Shown here: positions 1 through 8,755 of the stretch, in pieces | How the letters are laid out: the number at the start of each line of letters is the position of its first letter | Position numbering within the stretch: the stretch's first letter is position 1 | DNA from: Promethearchaeota archaeon | GTDB lineage: Archaea; Asgardarchaeota; Lokiarchaeia; Sigyniarchaeales; SOKP01 | Length of the DNA: 24,430 bases | Direction: 5' to 3' | NCBI GenBank assembly: GCA_016840085.1 | Contig: JAEOTA010000087.1 | Location: 1-24,430, forward strand | Notes under the pieces: generated by a model | The model's database searches: none | Seen by the model: only the letters and a program-made list of their open reading frames with translations | Told to the model about the DNA's origin: nothing | Program-made: the position numbers and the translations under genes

Positions 1-2140
1 AGCCAAAACTTACATAGACACCATGCCCAATAGCTTCTCCAATGTTTTTTATAGTAATATTAGGATACCACCGTTCTCCTGCGTCAATAAATATATCTCC
101 ATCCCCTTCCCATTCAATTAGCTCAAAATTATAAATCTTATAATCAGCAGTTCCATTTACAGTTATATCAAATATTAATTCCCAGATAGTACCTTCAATA
201 TCAATTAAATTAAGGGCAAAATTCATTTGATATTTGTCTGGACACGCTCCCGAAACATTTATTCCAAATCTTCCTGAATTTTCTCCGCCATCACTGTTTA
301 TAGTTCCAAAATCCCCAGAGTCATCATCAATTATTATATATGGATCATTTTCTTTGATTTGACCAGTCACTCCATATAGATTTGCACCACCAAGATTTTT
401 TATTATAAGATCAAATACTATTATTTCTCCTGCATCAATAATATCATCATTATCAGCAGGTAAATCTCCATCTGATTCAGAGTAGACTGAAAATGAATGA
501 TACACAGGATTTCCATTCCCAACGATATGAATTTGGAAGGAATCATACCAAGGTTCCCAATTTGATGCATTGATTTCCATATCTATTGAAATATAATAAT
601 CCGAAGGACATGAGCTGTTTAATTTGAAAATATAATATGAAGCGCTTGATCCTGTGGCATTTTGCGGGATGTTTACAAAATTTTGAAAGCCATTAATAAT
701 TGTAATATTTTTATCAGAAGAAGAGATTGTTACATTAACATTAAAAGCATCTAATTCTCCTTTATTTTGAAGTGTGATACGTAATTCAATGGTTTCACCT
801 GCATCGATAAGATTATCGTTATCTCCCTGACTATTTCCAGTGTTATCATCGTTTATTTCGAGATTGAAAAAATTAATGTCTGGACTTGGATTATGAGCTT
901 TTAAAAGAATAACATCATTCATTCCAGCTCCATAACTGTTTGTAACACCTGTAATATATATGTTATTATATGAATCAAGTTCAATCCCAAAACCAGTATC
1001 CATATTCCCTCCATCCCAAGAAAAATTCCACTCAAGAACTCCTGAACTTTGATATTTTAATAAAGTGATATCATTTTCACTACTTATCTCTTTTTCACTA
1101 TAGCCTGTGATATAAATGTCATTATAAGAGTCAATAACTAAATCCCTTCCTCTATCCTTACTCTGTGTGCCCCAAGTTCGATTCCATTGTAAGACTCCTG
1201 AATTATTATATTTCAATACAACTAAATCTTCATCTCCATCCCCATAACTTTTTGTACTACCCACTATGTAAATATTATTATCTAAATCTATTTCAATACC
1301 CCACCCAATGTCTTGATCATCATTCCCCCACGTTGTATTCCATTTAAAGTCTCCTGAATTATTATATTTTAATAATATTATATCCTCATCTGGCCAAACT
1401 CCACCTTCATTACCAGTAATATAGATATTATCTGAAGAATCGAATGCGATACTTCTCCCCGCTCCATTTATGCCTTCATCCCAAATTTGCATCCATTTTT
1501 CATTTCCAGAAGAATTAAGCTTTATTATAATTAAATCAGTAGAATCACTAGTTTTATTGTATCTATAACCTGTAATATAAATATTATCTTCTGAATCTAT
1601 AGCAATATCTTCAGGTATTAGACGTGATGATGCAGTATTACCCCAAATTTTTTCCCATTCCTTTTGACCAGAGCTATTATATTTTATTAAACATATGTCT
1701 ATTTCCCCAACACCATAAAGTTTATATCCAACTAGTGATATATAACCTTTTGAGTCTACGGCAATATTTCCCCAAGTATCTCGTTCAGTACCTCCCCATG
1801 TAATATTCCATTGTAATATTCCAGAATTATTAAATTTCAATAAAGACAGATCCTCATCTCCAGCCCCAAAACTTCTTGTAAATCCGCCTATATAGAGGTT
1901 ATTATCATAATCAATATCTATACTAAAAGCATAATCGTTATCACTACCACCCCACGTTTTATTCCAATCGAAAATCGAATTTGAATTTTTTGGTGTGATG
2001 ATTCCTAGATCTTGCTTATTTCTAAATTTTCTCTCAAGATAATTTGTATTTTGGAAATCCATGTTAAAAATAATAAAAATAATAGATATAAGAATAAATA
2101 AACATCGAATAGAATTCTTTCTTTTTTTTTTCTGCTTCAT
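1..2140 (-). CDS. Secreted/surface protein with SBBP (beta-propeller) repeats followed by repeated Ig-like domains; runs off the left edge
   Basis: Not in the ORF track (no stop inside the window). Translated by hand from ATG 2140: MKQKKKRKNSIRCLFILISIIFIIFN (signal-like), then WNKTWGGSDNDYAFSIDIDYDNNLYIGG and WNITWGGTERD repeats. These are followed by three modules starting DNDNLIDAGETIEL / DNDDIIDAGEIIVF / EGDGDIFIDAGERW. The same frame is still open at position 2. Confidence 0.85.
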   Translation of the reverse strand, partial: MKQKKKRKNSIRCLFILISIIFIIFNMDFQNTNYLERKFRNKQDLGIITPKNSNSIFDWNKTWGGSDNDYAFSIDIDYDNNLYIGGFTRSFGAGDEDLSLLKFNNSGILQWNITWGGTERDTWGNIAVDSKGYISLVGYKLYGVGEIDICLIKYNSSGQKEWEKIWGNTASSRLIPEDIAIDSEDNIYITGYRYNKTSDSTDLIIIKLNSSGNEKWMQIWDEGINGAGRSIAFDSSDNIYITGNEGGVWPDEDIILLKYNNSGDFKWNTTWGNDDQDIGWGIEIDLDNNIYIVGSTKSYGDGDEDLVVLKYNNSGVLQWNRTWGTQSKDRGRDLVIDSYNDIYITGYSEKEISSENDITLLKYQSSGVLEWNFSWDGGNMDTGFGIELDSYNNIYITGVTNSYGAGMNDVILLKAHNPSPDINFFNLEINDDNTGNSQGDNDNLIDAGETIELRITLQNKGELDAFNVNVTISSSDKNITIINGFQNFVNIPQNATGSSASYYIFKLNSSCPSDYYISIDMEINASNWEPWYDSFQIHIVGNGNPVYHSFSVYSESDGDLPADNDDIIDAGEIIVFDLIIKNLGGANLYGVTGQIKENDPYIIIDDDSGDFGTINSDGGENSGRFGINVSGACPDKYQMNFALNLIDIEGTIWELIFDITVNGTADYKIYNFELIEWEGDGDIFIDAGERWYPNITIKNIGEAIGHGVYVSFG

Positions 2141-2394
2141 TATGTTGTTATTTCATATAATTTCTAATTTAATTGTTATTTTTGTCTTTAATATTATAAT
2201 ATAATCTTTGACAGTTATATAAAAATTTCAGCTTGGAATATATTTTTTAATACCATCATTTATATGAATTTTTACCTTGGATCATAAGGGACAATAATAT
2301 CTTCCTTAGTTAATTTTGCTAAGTTCTGAACAATGTGAAGTGGCAAGATTGTTTTTGGTTGTTGAAATAGAGAACTCCAGTCTAAGTAGCGTAA

Positions 2395-2583
2395 ATCATT
2401 ACCAATTTAGTTCAAAAAATTAGATTAGAAGATAGAGGATTTCTTTTTAGATTTTGCTATTATTACATAAATTTTAACAATGAAAACCCGAAATGGATAT
2501 TTGGTCAATATGCTTTAGCGCTGCTTGAAAATAAATACGAAGAATTAATTAATAAAATGAAAGAAAAAGGTTGGATAAAATAA
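2395..2583 (+). pseudogene. 5'-truncated fragment of a small hypothetical protein
   Basis: Frame reads ...LVQKIRLEDRGFLFRFCYYYINFNNENPKWIFGQYALALLENKYEELINKMKEKGWIK*. It has in-frame stops just upstream and no start codon near its 5' end. Confidence 0.45.
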
Positions 2584-2612
2584 AAATAAAAAATGATGGA
2601 GGTGATATATAG

Positions 2613-2864
2613 ATGGTATTATGTGAGAAAAATATAAAGAATTTAATAACTTTTTCGAAAGAAAATTTTAATGCTAAAATACGTGATAATCCTGAAGATT
2701 CTAAACAATTAAAAAATAAATTGATAAGAGATGATATTAAAGATTTATACAATTTATATTATTATCAGGCTCACTATTATAAATTAGCATTTTGTACAAG
2801 AAAAATAACATTGTACGGACTTCTTTTTATTCCTTTGGTTTTAATATTTATGATAATATTATAA
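2613..2864 (+). CDS. Small membrane protein with a C-terminal TM helix
   Basis: Strong SD GGAGGTGAT at 2598-2606 upstream of the ATG; hydrophobic C-terminus ITLYGLLFIPLVLIFMIIL. Confidence 0.55.
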   Translation: MVLCEKNIKNLITFSKENFNAKIRDNPEDSKQLKNKLIRDDIKDLYNLYYYQAHYYKLAFCTRKITLYGLLFIPLVLIFMIIL

Positions 2865-2887
2865 ACCATTAAGAAAATATTAAATAA

Positions 2888-3298
2888 GTGAGAATATTGA
2901 TTGAAAAAGAATTTGGTTTTATTTACTTGGAAAAGAATGAAATTGCATATTATATAGCTAATTTGTGGGGAGGAGAATTGAGTATCCAATCTATCAAGGA
3001 CAAAAAATATTCTAATGATGATATTGAAAAATTTCATCTTGAATTATGGAAATTGATTCTTAAAAACTGGGATGGTAAAAGCTCATTTCGTTTGACTCTA
3101 AAAGGAAAGACCACAGATCCCATTCTTTCCCAAGCTTGTCATCGATCTGGCATATGGTATAATGATTTACCGAAGGAATTCTCAGTTTTTCGCCCAAAAA
3201 GCTATGCTATTGAATGGAGAAAACAACTTCATCCCTGCAAATTTCATAAAGATAATCAAGAAAATATCAAACCATTTAAAAATATTGGAGAACCATAA
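2888..3298 (+). CDS. Hypothetical protein with BTG/Tob (APRO)-like sequence pattern
   Basis: 136-aa ORF with motifs KNEIA...IEKFHLELWKLI...W...FR...DPILSQACHRSGIWYNDLPKE, collinear with the BTG-family pattern as I recall it. Confidence 0.55.
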   Translation: MRILIEKEFGFIYLEKNEIAYYIANLWGGELSIQSIKDKKYSNDDIEKFHLELWKLILKNWDGKSSFRLTLKGKTTDPILSQACHRSGIWYNDLPKEFSVFRPKSYAIEWRKQLHPCKFHKDNQENIKPFKNIGEP

Positions 3299-3427
3299 AT
3301 ATTGAGTGAAAAAGATATATTTCTGTTCGTTTTATTTAATGATAAGACAAAGAAGTAATAACTATAATTTTAGATTAAATAATGCAAGAGTTTAAGGAAG
3401 AATAAAAAATAGAAATAGTGTTTATAT

Positions 3428-4789
3428 ATGTTTAGAATGATTGATTTTCTTGATGCATTTAAATCAGCGTTGGACGATAAAGACTATATATATCTTGAAC
3501 CTATGAATAAAAGTGGAGGGTGGGCTGAAATATTTTATGTTTTCAGTCAAGAAGAGAAAGAAGTAAGAGTCGCTAAAGTTTATAAAGAACCATTAGGGCG
3601 TATTAATGAAGATATATACAAATCAGATGCTAAAAAATTAATGAAAATTAAACATGAAAATGTTGTAAAGATTATTGATAAAGGTATTATAGAATATGGT
3701 GACAAAAAAAAATTTTTCCTTATCTTAGAACATATTAGAGGTAAAAATTTTGAAGAAATAGATTCTCGATTATTTTTAGAAAAGCCTTATAATGAAAGAT
3801 TAAACTATTTTGTTCAAACTCTTGAGGGAATTAACGAATTTAGGGAAAATTTCGATTTACACCGTGATTTACATCCTGGAAACATAATGCTTTCAGACGA
3901 GGATATTAATAAAATAAGAAAAATTAAAATTATTGATCCAGGTTCCTCCAGATATTATTATGAACCTGAAGATGAAGATATAGATTTATATTCAATAAAA
4001 AAGGGGCTTCTAAATCTCTTCCTGCGCCCAGAAGAAATAAAGAAAATTAATGAAAGTAAAGTATTAGAAAATTTAGAATTCCCAGAATTTAGAGAAATAA
4101 TCAAGAAACTAAGTATGGAAGAAGAAAGAAAAATCAATTTTGGGCATAAGAATTCTGAGATTAATAAAGAAAAAATCAATTTTCTTTTCCAAGATAGATT
4201 ACACGAGTTAAATAATGGAGAATATCATATAAATATTCCAGATCAAATTAGGATGCTGATTCACATGATTTCAATTGATGCCTTGATAGCTAACAGATCA
4301 CTCGATCTTGAAATAGTGTTCAATAATTTTGAGGATTATTTAAAACCACCCGGCTGTACTTTTGGTAGAGAAATTGAGCGAAATTTACACGGATTATTTG
4401 TATCTTGTGGTCCAGATCCATATTCGGATAATTATGTGGGATATGTTCAATTATACCGGAATGGAATGATAGAAGCTATTGACAGTTCTCTTTTAAAACC
4501 TACTACACACCTTCATGGTAGGCATTATAATAAGCCCGTAAGAAAACTTGGTATGTGGTATTTGGAAAAAAATATTATCCGTTCATGCGTGATGTATCTA
4601 AAAACTTTAGAAAAAATAGGAGCTAGTTTACCTATTTTTCTCTATCTCTCATTTACTCATTTAAGAGACTATAAAATTTCATTAGTTCCTTATGAAGATT
4701 CATTTATCAGCAAAGACTCGGATGCACCTAAGAGAGATGAGATTCTACTTCCGAGAATAAAAATTGATAGTTTTGAGGTTGATTTTTGA
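3428..4789 (+). CDS. Hanks-type Ser/Thr protein kinase fused to a domain like the C-terminal domain of AlbA_2/Schlafen-type proteins; interrupted by in-frame TGA
   Basis: Kinase motifs SGGWAEIF, VAKVYK, HENVVKI, HRDLHPGNIML, KIIDPG, DLYS. Second domain has GYVQLYRNGMIEA, PIFLYLSF, EILLP and continues past the TGA in frame as KKLKPSFDIFWNAF. Confidence 0.8.
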   Translation: MFRMIDFLDAFKSALDDKDYIYLEPMNKSGGWAEIFYVFSQEEKEVRVAKVYKEPLGRINEDIYKSDAKKLMKIKHENVVKIIDKGIIEYGDKKKFFLILEHIRGKNFEEIDSRLFLEKPYNERLNYFVQTLEGINEFRENFDLHRDLHPGNIMLSDEDINKIRKIKIIDPGSSRYYYEPEDEDIDLYSIKKGLLNLFLRPEEIKKINESKVLENLEFPEFREIIKKLSMEEERKINFGHKNSEINKEKINFLFQDRLHELNNGEYHINIPDQIRMLIHMISIDALIANRSLDLEIVFNNFEDYLKPPGCTFGREIERNLHGLFVSCGPDPYSDNYVGYVQLYRNGMIEAIDSSLLKPTTHLHGRHYNKPVRKLGMWYLEKNIIRSCVMYLKTLEKIGASLPIFLYLSFTHLRDYKISLVPYEDSFISKDSDAPKRDEILLPRIKIDSFEVDF

Positions 4790-5266
4790 AAAAAATTAAA
4801 ACCTTCTTTTGATATATTTTGGAATGCGTTTAATCAGCCAGGTTCAAGAAATTATGAAGAAATAGCAGAAAAGTATGTAGGTTTTGTAATTGAGGTAATG
4901 AGAAAAACTGAAATTTTAGGAAAATATGAAAATTTACCCCCAACAAATATTTATTCTGGAAGAATTAGTCAGGAACCTTATATTACATCTAAGCAAAAGA
5001 ACTATCAAAAATTTTATAATACCTTAAAGGATATTTCTAATGAAAATCGTGTTAATGCTGTATATATTCAAATAAAAGAGCTACAATATAATATTGAAAA
5101 GGATTTCAATATGATTTTCAATAGTAATTGGGGAATAAAATTCTTCCGTAATGCTTTTTGGGAATTAGAAATTCGTAGTACTACATTTAGCATTCATAAT
5201 CAAAAAACTCATAAAGCTATATTTCTACGGGAGTTAAAAAAATTGATGAGAAGACACTTACATTGA
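4790..5266 (+). CDS. In-frame continuation of the kinase gene after the TGA (track ORF 4898..5266)
   Basis: Same frame as 3428..4789, with no other stop between 4790 and 5263. Confidence 0.6.
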   Translation, partial: KKLKPSFDIFWNAFNQPGSRNYEEIAEKYVGFVIEVMRKTEILGKYENLPPTNIYSGRISQEPYITSKQKNYQKFYNTLKDISNENRVNAVYIQIKELQYNIEKDFNMIFNSNWGIKFFRNAFWELEIRSTTFSIHNQKTHKAIFLRELKKLMRRHLH

Positions 5267-6684
5267 ATGGATTTAATATTTATACTCAAGATTTGGAGTA
5301 TCCAAAACTATTAAATGCTATGAAAAAAAAGTATGGACAAGAAATTGAAATCAATGGTATAAAATATTTGCAAATTCAACACTCTAATATTTATGCTCAT
5401 TCTCCTACTAATCATTTACTCGTATCTTTCAGACTCAAATGGGAAACCTACACTGATGAAATGTTTAATGAGCTTCAAAACAATATGGAAACTATTTTTA
5501 ACTCGATAAAAGATTATAATAAAATTTATTATTTCAATACGAATTTATTTGTTGATTTTCAAATCTCATCATTCATAGATGATTATATTTCATCAGAATT
5601 AATGGATGAGGATTTAAATGTCGGTCCTGCATATAGAATTCAAAGGACAGGATTTTTTATTACATTTATCTCTTTTGTTCATAAAAACTATTCTGAAATT
5701 ATTAGTAAAGCGATAAAAAGTTTCTTAGACAACGAATTTGCTAATCTTATGGGAAAAAATGCTTTAAATGTGAATGAAATTAAGTTACATCACTTGTCAG
5801 AGGGAAATTTTAAAAATTTAGAAGGTTATATGTCTGTGGAATTATTACCTTTTCTCTCCCGACAAATCTCTAATTATAATATTAATATTGTCCATTTATT
5901 GCAAACTTTTCAGAGGATTTTGTTTGATATGCAAAATTCTATTGAGAATTATGATTATTCAGCCCTAATTAATTTAGAGAGATATTTTAATGAAATCAGA
6001 AATAATTTAGATGCAAAATTTGGATTGTTTCCGAATATAGAATATGGAGATCTCTTTTTTACTAAAAATCAAACTAAACTAAATCAAGAAAGTCATCTAT
6101 ATAAAGAAAATTTGTTAAAACTGCATAAAGTCTATTATCAGGATTTTCAATTAAATCGAAATAATTTAAAAAAAGAATTAAATAGAATTATGAGTATTAT
6201 TAGATATCTGGTAAATCAGAAAAGAGAGACTATAAAAAAATATTCTAAATTGGAATTAGAGCAAAAATTAGGTAATATATCTAAAGAGGAGGAATTCAGA
6301 CAACTATTAAAAGAAATACTTGAAGACTTAGGGTTTCAAGATATAGAGCTCACTCATGGAACAGAGGAAATGGGTAAAGATATTGTTTTTTCGAATAGGA
6401 ATAAGTTTAAAATGAAAGAATGGAATGCTATAGTAGCCAAGGTTGGGAAAATAAATACAGATGATGCAAGAAGATTACCAGATAAAATAAAATTGATAAT
6501 TTATCAAGTTGAGGAAGCTTATGATTTCAAATATCAAGATGATAAAGGTAGTAGACATCCTATTACGAGAGTCTTTATTGCGACGAATGAAAGTATTACG
6601 AAAGATGCCAAAAAAAGAATACGTAAAAAATTAAAAGGGAATGTATTTTTTATTGAAAAAGATACATTCTTAGATTTATGTTGA
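5263..6684 (+). CDS. Protein with C-terminal Mrr-like (type IV-like) PD-(D/E)xK restriction endonuclease domain; probably the 3' part of the kinase gene
   Basis: C-terminal EEFRQLLKEILEDLGFQDIELTHGTEEMGKDIVF...AIVAKVG...VFIATNESITKDAK. The frame is open from 5215; TTG start without a clear SD. Confidence 0.7.
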   Translation: MNGFNIYTQDLEYPKLLNAMKKKYGQEIEINGIKYLQIQHSNIYAHSPTNHLLVSFRLKWETYTDEMFNELQNNMETIFNSIKDYNKIYYFNTNLFVDFQISSFIDDYISSELMDEDLNVGPAYRIQRTGFFITFISFVHKNYSEIISKAIKSFLDNEFANLMGKNALNVNEIKLHHLSEGNFKNLEGYMSVELLPFLSRQISNYNINIVHLLQTFQRILFDMQNSIENYDYSALINLERYFNEIRNNLDAKFGLFPNIEYGDLFFTKNQTKLNQESHLYKENLLKLHKVYYQDFQLNRNNLKKELNRIMSIIRYLVNQKRETIKKYSKLELEQKLGNISKEEEFRQLLKEILEDLGFQDIELTHGTEEMGKDIVFSNRNKFKMKEWNAIVAKVGKINTDDARRLPDKIKLIIYQVEEAYDFKYQDDKGSRHPITRVFIATNESITKDAKKRIRKKLKGNVFFIEKDTFLDLC

Positions 6685-6827
6685 TCTCGGATTAATTAAA
6701 AAGTATGGAAGAGAAAAGCGTTTCTTTTATATCTCTCTAGGTTGATAACTTTTAGTGTTATTACTTCTAATGTAAGTTTCCACTATAGCAGAACATTGTA
6801 CTCGCTGATTTTTAGAAAATTGCTTTG

Positions 6828-6943
6828 ATTCCTTTAAGATTAAGCTAATATGGCTAAATTGTCGTTTATTAATGCATACATTCCTTTAAGATTTGCCAGT
6901 TATATAGAAAATAACAGTAATATTGATTTTTGCCTTTTAGATT
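6828..6943. repeat. Three spaced 14-bp direct repeats (two identical, one degenerate)
   Basis: ATTCCTTTAAGATT at 6828-6841 and 6880-6893, TTGCCTTTTAGATT at 6930-6943; unique spacers of 38 and 36 nt. Confidence 0.55.
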
Positions 6944-7065
6944 ATAATAATTTAAAATTAATTCCACCAAATAAACAAAAAAAAAATAATTGAATATCGG
7001 TAATCTACTCTTTTTTATTAATTATTTTTTTAAGATAACCATCAATGATTAATGCTGAGATTCTA

Positions 7066-7866
7066 TTAAAATTGATTTAATTTTAATCTTTTCTTTATTG
7101 AATCTTTATATCTAATTTTATTATAGTTTTTAGTCCATTGAAGAATTTTCATCAAATTCTCCTTTTTTTTTAATTCTCTCGCATTGTCATAAAACCTACA
7201 TTCTTCAATATGCACATTTTTTGCAGGAATATAATTTATAATTCCCAACCAAAAAGATTCTGTTATATAATGATATAAATCATTTATTAGTGGTCTAGGA
7301 TCAAAATCTAATAAAGGTTCTGATGAAATTGAATTTTTGAAACCATTTTTGTAAGTAAAAATTAATGAATCTTTACGTTCACTGTAGGATGGGGCTTTTG
7401 GTTCCCAAAATCTAAGTAAATTATTATTAATTGAACCTATAGTAAAACGAAATTGTATTTGTTGCTTATATTTAGAAAATTCATGACAAATTTTTTTAAT
7501 AACAAACAAAGATGGTTTAGTGGTAATTAATACTTCGTTCCCTTTCATCAGAATATTTTCAAGAGTCTTCAAACATGCAGATAAAAAAGGTTCAAATGGA
7601 AATATATCATGAGTTGTAGGAAACATAAACCTACCATTACGAAGTCTATAAATTTTTCTTACCGCCTTTTCATTAATTTCCATAATAGACCAATTTTTAT
7701 GATTTTTCCTACCAAATCTTATTGCCATAAATTTAGCATAGCAATACTTACAATTATAAAAACACCCATTGATACAATTTACATTATAATCTGCCCATTC
7801 TTTTGTTCCTGAGGGGATTTCTTTTTTAATTCTCTCCCCTTTATTCATTTTAATGACAACAAACAA
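7066..7866 (-). CDS. Radical SAM protein (SPL-like / DUF5131-related)
   Basis: N-terminal GTKEWA..NVNCINGCFYNCKYCYA (CxxxCxxC), MFPTTHD, VLITTKP, FRFTIGS, FWEPKAP, SISSEPLLD. The real start may be ATG 7848. Confidence 0.85.
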   Translation of the reverse strand: MFVVIKMNKGERIKKEIPSGTKEWADYNVNCINGCFYNCKYCYAKFMAIRFGRKNHKNWSIMEINEKAVRKIYRLRNGRFMFPTTHDIFPFEPFLSACLKTLENILMKGNEVLITTKPSLFVIKKICHEFSKYKQQIQFRFTIGSINNNLLRFWEPKAPSYSERKDSLIFTYKNGFKNSISSEPLLDFDPRPLINDLYHYITESFWLGIINYIPAKNVHIEECRFYDNARELKKKENLMKILQWTKNYNKIRYKDSIKKRLKLNQF

Positions 7867-7879
7867 TGATTATTTTCAA

Positions 7880-8746
7880 TTAAAAATTGTTGAAGGGATT
7901 TTCGGTTGAGAAAAATTGATTACCTTTAATATATTTTTCTTTACCATCTTTTCTAATTAAAATTATATCACTTTCAGTTAACATCTTTGAATCTATATCA
8001 CTAAAATCAATATGCGCCTTGATGTTTTTTATCAAATAATAACATAAATGCACCATTATATTTTGATTAGCTTGATAAACTATAATTTTAAACTGTTTAA
8101 CATCAAAAAGATTAAGGCACTTTTTAAAAATTAAAACGGGTAATACGTATGCAATCTTTTGATATTGTCGAACATTATTATCGGGTGATAATAACCATTT
8201 AATTTCTTTACGATTATTTTTTCTAAAGAGACTTTTCAAAGCATTTTCAAAAATCGAAATATCTCTTCCTCTGTGACCATTAATCGTTATGAAAAATAGA
8301 AATCCTCTACCGGCTTTAAGAAAAGCTCCTTGTTTTTTAATGATTTTATTAAATACTTCAATTCTTTCAATTCTTTTTTCTTTATTCTTATTATTAAATT
8401 GATATATAAATGTTCCTAAAAAATCAAAGTTTATTATATCAAAAGGATAATCAATTCTAGGATCATTTGAACAAATTAGTTTTATAACATCGCTATTGAC
8501 CAATCTCGTCTTAGAGTCTAACTTATAAGCATGGATATTTTTGATTAATTCAGGAACTAAGGATTTATTATACTCGACCGTCAATATATCTTGAATATAT
8601 GAATTCCAATCAAGAATATCACTAAAATCTTTTCCTGTTAAACCAAAATATCTACATTTTTTATTATAATCCCTACAAAATTGCTTAATAAGTGGTAAAT
8701 TGTATTTAGTTCTGACTTTTTTTTTTACTATATTGTTATAACTCAT
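7880..8746 (-). CDS. Putative SAM-dependent methyltransferase-fold protein
   Basis: Rossmann-like series of motifs: RYFGLTG (motif I-like), LTVEYN (acidic motif II), LVNSDV (motif III), PFDIINFDFLG (motif IV), GFLFFIT. Confidence 0.6.
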   Translation of the reverse strand: MSYNNIVKKKVRTKYNLPLIKQFCRDYNKKCRYFGLTGKDFSDILDWNSYIQDILTVEYNKSLVPELIKNIHAYKLDSKTRLVNSDVIKLICSNDPRIDYPFDIINFDFLGTFIYQFNNKNKEKRIERIEVFNKIIKKQGAFLKAGRGFLFFITINGHRGRDISIFENALKSLFRKNNRKEIKWLLSPDNNVRQYQKIAYVLPVLIFKKCLNLFDVKQFKIIVYQANQNIMVHLCYYLIKNIKAHIDFSDIDSKMLTESDIILIRKDGKEKYIKGNQFFSTENPFNNF

Positions 8747-8755
8747 TGGTTTTTT

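Noticed and set aside
1165-1347. 60-aa plus-strand ORF in the track
   Set aside because: Antisense shadow of the SBBP-repeat gene.
4787-4789. In-frame TGA as selenocysteine
   Set aside because: No redox or Cys-like context and no SECIS-like structure that I could identify; a nonsense mutation or homopolymer error is more parsimonious.
6828-6943. Bona fide CRISPR array
   Set aside because: The repeat is only 14 bp with at most three copies and there are no cas genes; kept only as a repeat.
7066-7866. Calling the radical SAM gene splB or a viperin
   Set aside because: It is too short and lacks recognisable family-specific features; only SPL/DUF5131-like similarity can be supported.
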